DNA from: Candidatus Fraserbacteria bacterium
Lineage (GTDB): Bacteria > Bipolaricaulota > Bipolaricaulia > RBG-16-55-9 > JANLFV01
DNA: 16,975 bases
Assembly: GCA_037446135.1 (NCBI GenBank)
Contig: JBBIJD010000001.1
Coordinates: 1 to 16,975 of the forward strand
Direction of reading: 5' to 3'
Shown: positions 1-7,951 of the stretch, piece by piece
Layout of the letters: each line of letters starts with the position of its first letter
Numbering within the stretch: position 1 is the first letter of the stretch
Translations under genes and position numbers: made by a program
Notes under the pieces: generated by a model
What the model was told of the DNA's origin: nothing
Database searches by the model: none
What the model saw: only the letters and a program-made list of their open reading frames with translations

Positions 1-40
1 CCGTCCCAAGATTGAAGTGGCTTGTGTGGCCTGACTTGGA

Positions 41-478
41 CTAACCCTCGGAGCCAGGCCGCAGCTCGGGATTGATCTGATACTCATAGCTGATCTCGGC
101 CCCCTTGGCCAGCATCGCCCCGACGGAGCAGTAGCGCTCCAAGGAAAGATCGATCGCCTTCTTCAATTTCTCCTCGGGGATGCCATCCCCCCAGACCCGG
201 TAGGTAAGATGGATCTTGGTGAAGACCTTGGGGTGCTCCTCGGCCCGCTCGGCCTCGAGGAGGATCTCGAACCGCGCCCACTCGACTCGCATCTTCCTCA
301 GGATCGAGACGACATCCATCCCGGTGCAGCCCCCGAGGGCGATCAGAAGGAGTTCCATCGGCCGCGATGCGCTATCGCTCCCCCCGACCTCCGGGGCGCC
401 GTCCAAGACCACGGCATGGCCGCTCTCTGAGCTGCCGACGAATTGCAGCCCCTCACTCCAGTTGACTCTCGCCCTCAT
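41..478 (-). CDS. OsmC/Ohr family protein (YhfA-like)
   Basis: 145 aa. Contains RPMELLLIALGGCTGMDVVSIL and ERYCSV, carrying the two conserved cysteines, plus AERAEEHPKVFTKIHL. GGGAG SD-like sequence upstream. Starts 13 bp after the peptidase stop. Confidence 0.93.
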   Translation of the reverse strand: MRARVNWSEGLQFVGSSESGHAVVLDGAPEVGGSDSASRPMELLLIALGGCTGMDVVSILRKMRVEWARFEILLEAERAEEHPKVFTKIHLTYRVWGDGIPEEKLKKAIDLSLERYCSVGAMLAKGAEISYEYQINPELRPGSEG

Positions 479-491
479 CTTCCACTCCCGG

Positions 492-2219
492 CTAGAACAG
501 CTCTGCCCGGAGGGCCCTTGCCGCTCCGGCCACGGTCCCGCTGGAGAAGTCGAACTTCAGCCCGGCCGCTTCGAACAATTTCGGGAGGGGCCTCGAGCCC
601 CCCAAGGCCAGTGCCTCACGGTAGGCCCGGACCGCACCCGCCCGGTCAGTCTTGGCGCTCCGCCAGATCCCGAGGGCCCCTAGTTGGGCGATCCCGTATT
701 CGATGTAGTAAAAGGGGTACTCAAACAGGTGGATCTGGCGTTGCCATTGGTTCTCCAGGGCCTCTTCGTAGCCTTGCCAATCCTCGATTCCACCGAAGCG
801 GCGACGGAGCTCGAGCCACTTCTCCTTCCGCTCTTTACGGCTATGGCCGGGATGGGTATAGATCCAGTGCTGGAAGGCGTCGATAGTGGCGATCCACGGG
901 AGGAGGCGGACGATCCGCTCGAGGTGCTCCCTCTTTGAGCGGAGAGCCTCTTCCTTTCGGTAGAAGACCTCGAGGTGCTCCCCGCCTAAGAGCTCCATCC
1001 CCATCGAGGCCACCTCAGCGAACTCCGCTGGTGAGCCGCGGTAGAGATGCAAAGGCTGCTCCCTGGCCGCCAGGGCATGGAAGGCATGGCCGGACTCATG
1101 GAGCATCGTCCGGAGATCATCATCCCTTCCGACGGCATTGGCGAAGATGAATGGGAGCCGCTTCTCCGCCAGGGTCGCGCTGTAGGCCCCTGGGGCCTTC
1201 CCTTTCCGGCTCTCTAGGTCCAATAGGCCGAGCTCCCTTAACTGACGGAAGTCCCGCCCCAGCTCCGCCCCGACCCGGGAGAAGATCTCCTCACAGCCCG
1301 AGAGGAGCTCCTCAGCGGTCTTGAATGGCCGGAGTGGTGGGTGGGCAGAAGGGTCCACCAGAAGGTCCCATGGCCGGAGGCGCTTGTAGCCCAACTCCTT
1401 CTGGCGGCGGAGTTGGAGCTCACGCATCAGTGGGACGATCTCCTCCTCCACCGCCTGATGGAAGCGGAGACAGTCCTCCGGGGTGTAATCGAACCGCTCA
1501 CGGTTCCGGAAGGCATAGTCTCGGTAGTTGGCGAACCCGGCGTTCCGGGCGATCCTCTCCCGGAGCGCGAGGAGTTCGTCGTAGATCTCATCGAGCCTCT
1601 CCCGGTCCTGGAGCCTTCGCTCCTCGGAGAGCTCCCAGGCCGCCCTTCGGATCCGCCTCTCCGGCTCCTCGAGGTAACGGGCCATCTGCTGGAGAGTCCT
1701 CTCCTTCCCCCGGAAGTAGACGGTCATCGCGCCGGCGATCTTCTGGTATTGCTGGGCCAGCTTGGCCTCCTCCTTCTCTAAGGGGACATTCTCCTCGCGG
1801 AAGAGTGCGACACGGTTGGCGATGCTCCGGTCCAGGACATAATAAAAGGAGGCCGTGGTCCCCGCGAGCGCCCCGCGGGCCGGGCTCTGGACATACCTCT
1901 CCCGGAGGCGCTGGAAGCGCGGCTTGGCCTTGGGCTCGATCTCCTCGATGAACTGGAGGTAGGCCCGCTCCCGCTCCGGATCGTCGGTCTGGCAGGTCAT
2001 CCGGATGTAACGGATCGTCCCTTCCTCGTCGAGGGCCGCTTCCAGTTCAGACCAGTCCGAAAGCCACCGTTCCAGGGTCGCGGGGGAATCGAGTCTCCGC
2101 TCCTCAAGCTCAGAAAAGAGCGGCTCGAGCACCTCCCATCTCCCCAGGTCCAACTCCTTGGGGAGGAATCTCCGTGGATGGTCCTGAGGCAATCGATGCA
2201 ACTCGATCTCCTCGCCCAT
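492..2219 (-). CDS. pepF: M3B family oligoendopeptidase (PepF-like)
   Basis: HESGH (HExxH zinc motif), EFAEVAS third-ligand region, RKGKAPGAY, PFYYIEYGIAQLGAL. Start moved from GTG 2231 to ATG 2219 because the GTG lies inside the AAGGAGGTGA SD. Confidence 0.93.
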   Translation of the reverse strand: MGEEIELHRLPQDHPRRFLPKELDLGRWEVLEPLFSELEERRLDSPATLERWLSDWSELEAALDEEGTIRYIRMTCQTDDPERERAYLQFIEEIEPKAKPRFQRLRERYVQSPARGALAGTTASFYYVLDRSIANRVALFREENVPLEKEEAKLAQQYQKIAGAMTVYFRGKERTLQQMARYLEEPERRIRRAAWELSEERRLQDRERLDEIYDELLALRERIARNAGFANYRDYAFRNRERFDYTPEDCLRFHQAVEEEIVPLMRELQLRRQKELGYKRLRPWDLLVDPSAHPPLRPFKTAEELLSGCEEIFSRVGAELGRDFRQLRELGLLDLESRKGKAPGAYSATLAEKRLPFIFANAVGRDDDLRTMLHESGHAFHALAAREQPLHLYRGSPAEFAEVASMGMELLGGEHLEVFYRKEEALRSKREHLERIVRLLPWIATIDAFQHWIYTHPGHSRKERKEKWLELRRRFGGIEDWQGYEEALENQWQRQIHLFEYPFYYIEYGIAQLGALGIWRSAKTDRAGAVRAYREALALGGSRPLPKLFEAAGLKFDFSSGTVAGAARALRAELF

Positions 2220-2248
2220 CGCCTGCCTCACCTCCTTGTTAGAGGAAG

Positions 2249-2278
2249 AGTATACGCCTCCCAGCCCTTCGGAGGCAA
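2249..2278 (-). promoter_or_regulatory. Putative sigma70-type promoter for the peptidase-osmC operon
   Basis: Minus strand TTGCCT (2278-2273), 18 bp spacer, TATACT (2254-2249), just upstream of the AAGGAGG SD. Confidence 0.6.
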
Positions 2279-2281
2279 CCT

Positions 2282-2310
2282 TTGCTCATGGCCAGTCCCG
2301 ACGGTATAAT
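2282..2310 (+). promoter_or_regulatory. sigma70-type promoter of the redox operon
   Basis: TTGCTC (2282-2287), 17 bp spacer, perfect TATAAT (2305-2310). Confidence 0.75.
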
Positions 2311-2314
2311 AGCG

Positions 2315-2333
2315 TATACCCCTTGGGGGTATA
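2315..2333. promoter_or_regulatory. CsoR/RcnR-family operator
   Basis: Inverted repeat TATACCCC-ttg-GGGGTATA, with C/G tracts flanked by TATA as is typical of CsoR-family sites. It covers the expected transcription start of an operon that encodes a CsoR-family repressor. Confidence 0.85.
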
Positions 2334-2348
2334 GTGAGGAGGTCGACT

Positions 2349-2993
2349 TTGGACTTAATCGGAGCTGAGGAGCGCGCATACTTGTTGAGGGAGTTCCAGG
2401 ACCGGTTGGGGAACGGGGTCATCCTCCACTTCTTCCGGAATGAGGATGAGACAGCTACGACCATGGCTCAACTCCTTGAGGAGCTAGCGGGCCTAGACGG
2501 ACGGATCGCAGTCCGGAGTTACAACTTCCCCGGAGATCGCCAGGCCGTAGGACGGTTCAGGATCGATAAAGCCCCCGCACTTGTCTTGTCCAGCCCAGAG
2601 CGGGACTACGGGATCAGGTTCTTTGGGACGCCCGGGGGATACGAATTCAGCTCATTGATAGAGGATATAATCGATGTCTCACGGGGGAGGGTCGACCTCC
2701 CGCAAGATATGGTCCAGGAGTTAAGGGAGCTGGCGAGCCCTCTTCACATCCAGGTCTTCGTCACCCCGACCTGCCCCTACTGCCCCAGGGCGGTCCGGAC
2801 GGCCCACAAGTTTGCCCTGGTCAGCCCTCATGTGCTCGCTGACATGGTGATGGCGACCGAATTCACCGAGCTGGCCAATAGATACGGCATCACAGCCGTC
2901 CCTTACACCGTCGTCAATGATGCGACTGGCTTTATCGGAGCCCTCCCGGAGAGGGAGTTCCTCATCGAGGTCCTCAAGGGGGTCAAAAGGTGA
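2349..2993 (+). CDS. Protein disulfide oxidoreductase (PDO / AhpF N-terminal-domain-like, two thioredoxin folds)
   Basis: IDKAPAL, GIRFFGTPGGYEFSSLIEDI, VFVTPTCPYCPRAV and the AVP cis-Pro loop. Start most likely TTG 2349, 6 nt after GAGGAGG; the ORF track starts at GTG 2334. N-terminal CxxC is absent. Confidence 0.9.
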   Translation: MDLIGAEERAYLLREFQDRLGNGVILHFFRNEDETATTMAQLLEELAGLDGRIAVRSYNFPGDRQAVGRFRIDKAPALVLSSPERDYGIRFFGTPGGYEFSSLIEDIIDVSRGRVDLPQDMVQELRELASPLHIQVFVTPTCPYCPRAVRTAHKFALVSPHVLADMVMATEFTELANRYGITAVPYTVVNDATGFIGALPEREFLIEVLKGVKR

Positions 2994-3250
2994 TGGTGCT
3001 CCAGTCTGAGGAGTTGAAGGCCGCGCGGGCGCGCTTGAGGCGGATCGAGGGCCAGATCCGGGGGATCCAGCGGATGCTGGAGGAGCGAGACCGGGACTGC
3101 GCTGAGGTCCTCACCCAGATCGCCGCGGCCAGGAGCGCCCTCCAGAGGGTCGCGCTCTTCATCCTTCAGAGCTACGCTCGGGAGTGCCTGAGCGGGGCGA
3201 GTGAGGCGGAGATCGCGCGGCTGTTCCAGAGTTATCTGACTCTAACTTGA
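2993..3250 (+). CDS. CsoR/RcnR family transcriptional repressor
   Basis: RLRRIEGQIRGIQRMLEE..C.EVLTQIAAARSAL signature; second Cys in YAREC; TGATG overlap with the upstream stop. Confidence 0.92.
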   Translation: MVLQSEELKAARARLRRIEGQIRGIQRMLEERDRDCAEVLTQIAAARSALQRVALFILQSYARECLSGASEAEIARLFQSYLTLT

Positions 3251-3266
3251 AGAAGGAGGCGCGAAG

Positions 3267-3506
3267 ATGCCTGAAGTGAAGGTCTATACTACCCCGACTT
3301 GCCCCTGGTGTATGAGGGTCAAGCAGTTCCTCGATGAGCGAGGCATCCCCTACGAGGAGTATGATGTCGCTGCGGACGCCGCCCGGGCGGAGGAGATGAT
3401 CCAAAAGTCCGGCCAGATGGGTGTCCCGGTGATCGAGGTCGACGGCGAGATCGTGGTGGGGTTCGACCGCTCCAGATTAGAGGAACTCCTGGGCCTCGAG
3501 AGTTAG
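3267..3506 (+). CDS. Glutaredoxin-like protein (NrdH/YruB type)
   Basis: 79 aa, VYTTPTCPWC, SGQMGVPVI, VGFD; AAGGAGG SD upstream. Confidence 0.93.
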   Translation: MPEVKVYTTPTCPWCMRVKQFLDERGIPYEEYDVAADAARAEEMIQKSGQMGVPVIEVDGEIVVGFDRSRLEELLGLES

Positions 3507-3527
3507 TCTAGGCGGGCCTTAGGACCC

Positions 3528-4616
3528 TTAAGGCCAGGTCCCGGTCTCTTCCCCTCGGCCCCTCCAGGAGAGGGCTAGATGGATGAGCCCCCGGCGGGCA
3601 AATCGCAGGATCAATAAGAGCAGGGCGATGAAGATCAAAGTCGTCCAACCCGCGGGTAGGCTTAAGGAAAATGGCATCGCCCGTCCGAGGGCCTCTTTGC
3701 CGATAGTGAGGAAGTAAGCCCCGAGGACCGGGCCGAGGATCGTCCCCATCCCTCCGAGGACAGCAGCGATGATCACCTTGAGGGAGAGGTCGAGCGAGAG
3801 CATCTCCGAGGGGACGAGGCTCCGCCAGTAGTGGGCATAGAAGGCCCCGCCCAGGCCGGCCACACCCGCGCTGATGAGGAAGGCGAGGATCTTATACTTC
3901 GCCGTGTTGATCCCTGCCGCCTCGACTGCCTCTTCATCTTCTCTGATGGCCTCGAAGATCTTTCCGACCTTCGAGCGGGCGAGCCAGAGGAGGAGCGCGG
4001 CCACGAAGATCAACAGTCCTAGGGAGTAGTAATAATCGATCTGCTGGTTCTTGGCATAGCGGATGAGGAGATCGAGTCGGTCGATCTTCCCGTCGTTATT
4101 GAAGTCCCGCAAGGCCACGGCCGCCAGTGGGGTCAGGCCGGCCTTCCCCAGCCCGCCCCCGGTGATCCTAGCGAACCGCTCGATGCTCACTAATTTCACC
4201 GCCAGGATCGGCAGGAAGAGGGTCACTAGGGCGAGATAGGCCCCCCGGAGTCTCAAGGTGGGGACCCCGACGAGCAGGCCCAAGAGGATGGCCGCGAGGA
4301 CCCCCAAGGGGATCGAGATGGAGATGGGCCAGCCCAAGGTCACATTGGCCAGGCCGCCGGAGTAGCTCGCGGCCCCGATGAAGAAGGCCTGGCCGAAGCT
4401 GATCTGGCCGGTAAAACCCGAGAGGATGTCCCAGCTCATGGCGAAGACCGCGAGGTAATTAGCCAAGATGAAGGCGGTGATCCAGGGGTCCCCCCGCTGA
4501 GGATGGAAGATCGGGAGGTAGGGGAGCAAGGCCAAGATGGCGACCGCAGCGGTCCAGGCCAGGACCTTTAGGGTGATGGCCGAGCGATGGCCCATCTCAG
4601 CCACTCTTGCTCTCAC
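3528..4616 (-). CDS. livM: Branched-chain amino acid (HAAT) type ABC transporter permease, LivM-like
   Basis: GFTGQISFGQAFFIG, LRLRGAYLALVTL, AIREDEEAVEAAGIN, VLGGMGTILGPVLGA. True start is GTG 4616 (GTGA overlap with the upstream stop) or ATG 4595, not 5048. Substrate unknown. Confidence 0.9.
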   Translation of the reverse strand: MRARVAEMGHRSAITLKVLAWTAAVAILALLPYLPIFHPQRGDPWITAFILANYLAVFAMSWDILSGFTGQISFGQAFFIGAASYSGGLANVTLGWPISISIPLGVLAAILLGLLVGVPTLRLRGAYLALVTLFLPILAVKLVSIERFARITGGGLGKAGLTPLAAVALRDFNNDGKIDRLDLLIRYAKNQQIDYYYSLGLLIFVAALLLWLARSKVGKIFEAIREDEEAVEAAGINTAKYKILAFLISAGVAGLGGAFYAHYWRSLVPSEMLSLDLSLKVIIAAVLGGMGTILGPVLGAYFLTIGKEALGRAMPFSLSLPAGWTTLIFIALLLLILRFARRGLIHLALSWRGRGEETGTWP

Positions 4617-5482
4617 TCCGCTCCTCTTCGAACGCCGAAGAGGCCCTGAGGCCGGAGCATCAAAACCACCAGCAACAGGATCAAAGAGGGGAGCCCGACC
4701 CAGGAGGGCCCCAAGGCGGGGGTATAGATGGTCCAGGTCTCCAAGAATCCGACCAAGTGAGCGGCCACGAGGCTCCCGAGGATGCTCCCCAGGCCACCGA
4801 GGATGACGATGGCGAAGCTGATGATCATCGGCTCGCGCCAGATGCCCGGGACGAGCGAGGTCCAGGAGTTGAAGAAGATCCCAGCGATGGCGGCCAGGGC
4901 CCCCGAGACCGTAAAGGTCAGGAGATAGACCCTCTCCGGCTCGATCCCCACCAAAGCCGCGCCGGTCCGGTCCTGAGCGGTGGCGAGGATCGCCTTCCCG
5001 GCTTTGCTCCAGCGGATGAAGAGAAAGAGGGCGAGGCAGCAGAGCCAAGAGACCAGGAAGCCGAGGAGCCGATCTTTGGGGACCTGGGCCCCGAAGAGTG
5101 GTGCCGCCCCTTCGAGGAAGGGGTCGAGGTGGCGCGGGCTGGGGCCGATGGGAGGGATGACGACGAGGAGTTGCTCCAGGAGGAGCGAGAAGGCGAGGGT
5201 GGCCATCACGGTCACGATCGGGTGGAAGATGAAGTAACGGATGAAGCCCCGGTAGACTAGGGCCGCGAAGAGGGCCGTAAAGGCCACAGCGATCGCCGCG
5301 GCGGAGTAGATATCCCAGCCGAGGAGCCCATTGACGAGGTAGGCCGCGTAGGCCCCGACCATGAGGAAGGCCCCATGGGCCAGGTTAAAGACCCTGGCGA
5401 CGCCGAAGACCAGGGTAAAGCCGATGGAGATCAGCGCATAGAGTGCACTGATCAGGAGCGAGGAGACCAGGATCTGGCCCAT
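4613..5482 (-). CDS. livH: HAAT-type ABC transporter permease, LivH-like
   Basis: YALISIGFTLVFGVARVFNLAHG, GKAILATAQDRTGAALVGI, VILGGLGSILG, RPQGLFG; highly hydrophobic. Confidence 0.92.
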   Translation of the reverse strand: MGQILVSSLLISALYALISIGFTLVFGVARVFNLAHGAFLMVGAYAAYLVNGLLGWDIYSAAAIAVAFTALFAALVYRGFIRYFIFHPIVTVMATLAFSLLLEQLLVVIPPIGPSPRHLDPFLEGAAPLFGAQVPKDRLLGFLVSWLCCLALFLFIRWSKAGKAILATAQDRTGAALVGIEPERVYLLTFTVSGALAAIAGIFFNSWTSLVPGIWREPMIISFAIVILGGLGSILGSLVAAHLVGFLETWTIYTPALGPSWVGLPSLILLLVVLMLRPQGLFGVRRGAE

Positions 5483-6772
5483 CTACCCCGGCGGCGGGAG
5501 CCAAGGGGGTGGGATATAAGGCGAGGTCCGATACTGCGGCGGATAGACCACTTCCCGCTTTCCCTTTCCCCCCACATCGGCCTGCCACTGGACCCACTTG
5601 GGGACCACAAATTCGTCCCCGTATTTCATATCGTGGGGATAGGGCGAATCGAGGCCGTTGAAGACCAGCCTCCCGACGGTCCCGATATAGTCGGTCTTCT
5701 CCAGCTCAGCGACCAAGAGATCAGGGTCATCAGCCCTTCCGGCCCGCTCGATGGCCTCGCTCAAGATGTGGAGAGCATCGTAGGTGGAATAAGCGGTATA
5801 GAGCGGCCTGACCGGGCGGAGGCGATAGGTCTGGATATAGCTCTGATAGAATGGGAGGGTTTTCTCAGTGATCGCGGTCGCCTCGGTCGCGGCATCGGCG
5901 TAGACATGGCTCACGACCCTCCCCTTGGTATCGGCCCAATACTCGTAGGCCTGGCCTGGGGCATTGATCCCGAAGACCCGGATCGGGCACTTCGTGAGAT
6001 ACCAGAGGTTGACGAAGTTGATCCCATCGTTATAAGCGAAGGCCACGAGCATCGCCTCGACCCCGGCATCCTTAAGCTGGGCGAGCATCGGGCCGAAGTC
6101 TCGTTGCTCCAGAGGGAAGAAGACGGTCGTGACCGAGAGCCCTAAAGCCGGGAGCCGCTCCTCAAGGAAGGCCTGCATATCTCTTCCCCAGATCCCCTCC
6201 TCTAAGAGGAGGCCGATCTTCTTCAGCCCCAACTCGTCCCGGAGGAGGTCCCGGGCGAGCCGCTCCATATCCCTCGTTAGGGTATCAGTGTTGAACATCG
6301 CTCGGAAGTAGTATTTGTAGTTCTCATAGTCTTGAGCCACCATCTCATTAGTCGCGGTCATCGATGAGCCTGTATCGATGAATGGCATCTTGAACTGGGC
6401 GATCAAGGGCATTAAGGAGATCATCACCTCATCGAGGAATTCGCCGACGATGGCCACCACGCCCTCATTCACCACCAGGTCCTCGAAGGCCAGCTTGGCC
6501 GCCTGCGGGGAGGTCTGGTCGTCCCGGACGGCGAGCCTGATCTTCCTCCCTAGGACCCCACCGGCCTCGTTGATCTCCTTCGCCGCCAGCTCCGCCCCCC
6601 GTACCGTCGACTGGCCCACATCCAGGACGAGTGGAGCGAGCACGCCGATCGGGAGCTCCTCCTGAGCCTGGGCGAAGATGGTCCCCTTCCAATCTAAGCC
6701 GGCGGCCAGGAGGCCCAACCCGAGCCCCTTGAGGAAAGTCCGTCGGTTTAACTTCCTATCTAGGTCGAGCAT
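5483..6772 (-). CDS. ABC transporter substrate-binding protein (LivK/LivJ-like, type I periplasmic fold) with Tat signal peptide
   Basis: NRRTFLK twin-arginine motif followed by a hydrophobic stretch and AQA cleavage site. IGVLAPL, GAELAAKEINEAGGVLGRKI, YDALHILSEAIERAG. Confidence 0.92.
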   Translation of the reverse strand: MLDLDRKLNRRTFLKGLGLGLLAAGLDWKGTIFAQAQEELPIGVLAPLVLDVGQSTVRGAELAAKEINEAGGVLGRKIRLAVRDDQTSPQAAKLAFEDLVVNEGVVAIVGEFLDEVMISLMPLIAQFKMPFIDTGSSMTATNEMVAQDYENYKYYFRAMFNTDTLTRDMERLARDLLRDELGLKKIGLLLEEGIWGRDMQAFLEERLPALGLSVTTVFFPLEQRDFGPMLAQLKDAGVEAMLVAFAYNDGINFVNLWYLTKCPIRVFGINAPGQAYEYWADTKGRVVSHVYADAATEATAITEKTLPFYQSYIQTYRLRPVRPLYTAYSTYDALHILSEAIERAGRADDPDLLVAELEKTDYIGTVGRLVFNGLDSPYPHDMKYGDEFVVPKWVQWQADVGGKGKREVVYPPQYRTSPYIPPPWLPPPG

Positions 6773-6778
6773 CTCAGA

Positions 6779-7951
6779 TCAGCCCTCCTTCGCTATATCT
6801 TTGAATTCTCTTATGCTCTGGGTCTCGAGGGTCTCAAGCCCGGTAAACCCCCGCTTGACCATCTCCTTGATGAACAGCCGGGGATCGAGGCACCCCTCGG
6901 GTGCGAAGACCCCTCCTTTCTCCTCGATCTTGCCCGCGGCCAAGAGCTGGGCCCCGGCGGAGAGGGGGACCCCTGTCCCTGCATTCATCCTCGCCTGGGC
7001 CGTATAGATGGCCTTGGCCGGCCTGCCGCCCTTCTTCCCCCGGACCTCGACCCGGACCGCCCCTTCGTAAGGGACCCCGGTAAGGAGGGGTTCCTCCGAG
7101 AGCTTCGAGAGGTAGGCGACAAAGAAGTCGATAGGCGAGAGCTTCGCACCCTTCACCTCGAAGGTCTCATCTGAGATCAAGCCCATCCCTCCCAGGCCCA
7201 CCACCATCTCCCGCAGGAGCGGGGGATTGAGTGAGAGCTTGCAGTCCACATGCTTTAGGCTGGAGAAGTATCTCGGGAGGGTCAGCGGCTCGGGATGGCC
7301 GATGTGGTAGAGCTCGAACTCCCCCAGCGGCTCGGGGAAGCTCACCTTCTCTGCGCCGTCGACGAAGGCCGCGACCTCGGTGTATCTCCCGTCACAGTAG
7401 GTCGGGACCTGGCCGAACATCGAGTGGAAGACATGATAGATCACGGCCGGGCCGCCCTCGGGGTCGGCGGCCGACTGGACTAAGCCGATGTGGACCTCCT
7501 CCGGCTCATCCAGCCGCTGGGCCCCGAGCTTGGCCAGGAGGTTCGTCGCTCCGGGGGAAGCCCCCAGCCCGGTGATGATCGTGACCCCTTTAGCCTTGGC
7601 CCGCTCATGCAACTCCAGGACCTTGGGGGTGACATCGTAGTCATCGCAGATATCGACCAAGGAGATCCCGGCCTCGATGGCCCCCTCGACCACGGCCAGG
7701 CCATAGCGGTAGAACGGCCCGACGGTGGAGATGGCGAGGTCGGCCTGCTTCATCAACTTGACCAGCCCGGCCCGGTCGGTCACATCGACGAACTCCGCCC
7801 GGAGCCGCCGATCCTTCAGGGTTCGGACATAATCCTCGGCCTTCTTGGCGTCGTAATCGGCCACGATGATCTCCCCGAAATCACTATACTCCACGAGGTC
7901 GCGGATCGCGACTCTCCCCATCGCCCCGCAGCCCAGGGCTAGGATCTTCAT
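6779..7951 (-). CDS. Saccharopine dehydrogenase-like NAD(P)-dependent oxidoreductase
   Basis: N-terminal Rossmann motif GCGAMG, VGPFY, VDICDD, GLGASPG, GHPE, GGVFAPE. ATGA overlap with the transketolase C gene. Confidence 0.88.
   Translation of the reverse strand: MKILALGCGAMGRVAIRDLVEYSDFGEIIVADYDAKKAEDYVRTLKDRRLRAEFVDVTDRAGLVKLMKQADLAISTVGPFYRYGLAVVEGAIEAGISLVDICDDYDVTPKVLELHERAKAKGVTIITGLGASPGATNLLAKLGAQRLDEPEEVHIGLVQSAADPEGGPAVIYHVFHSMFGQVPTYCDGRYTEVAAFVDGAEKVSFPEPLGEFELYHIGHPEPLTLPRYFSSLKHVDCKLSLNPPLLREMVVGLGGMGLISDETFEVKGAKLSPIDFFVAYLSKLSEEPLLTGVPYEGAVRVEVRGKKGGRPAKAIYTAQARMNAGTGVPLSAGAQLLAAGKIEEKGGVFAPEGCLDPRLFIKEMVKRGFTGLETLETQSIREFKDIAKEG

Noticed and set aside
2441..2449. TGA triplets near the missing CxxC of the PDO, suggesting selenocysteine
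   Set aside because: Both TGAs are out of frame, and the reading frame is continuous without them.
4617..5048. N-terminal extension making the LivM-like ORF 506 aa
   Set aside because: It overlaps the LivH-like gene in another frame, is Arg/Gly/Pro-rich and has no permease character. The real start is 4616 or 4595.
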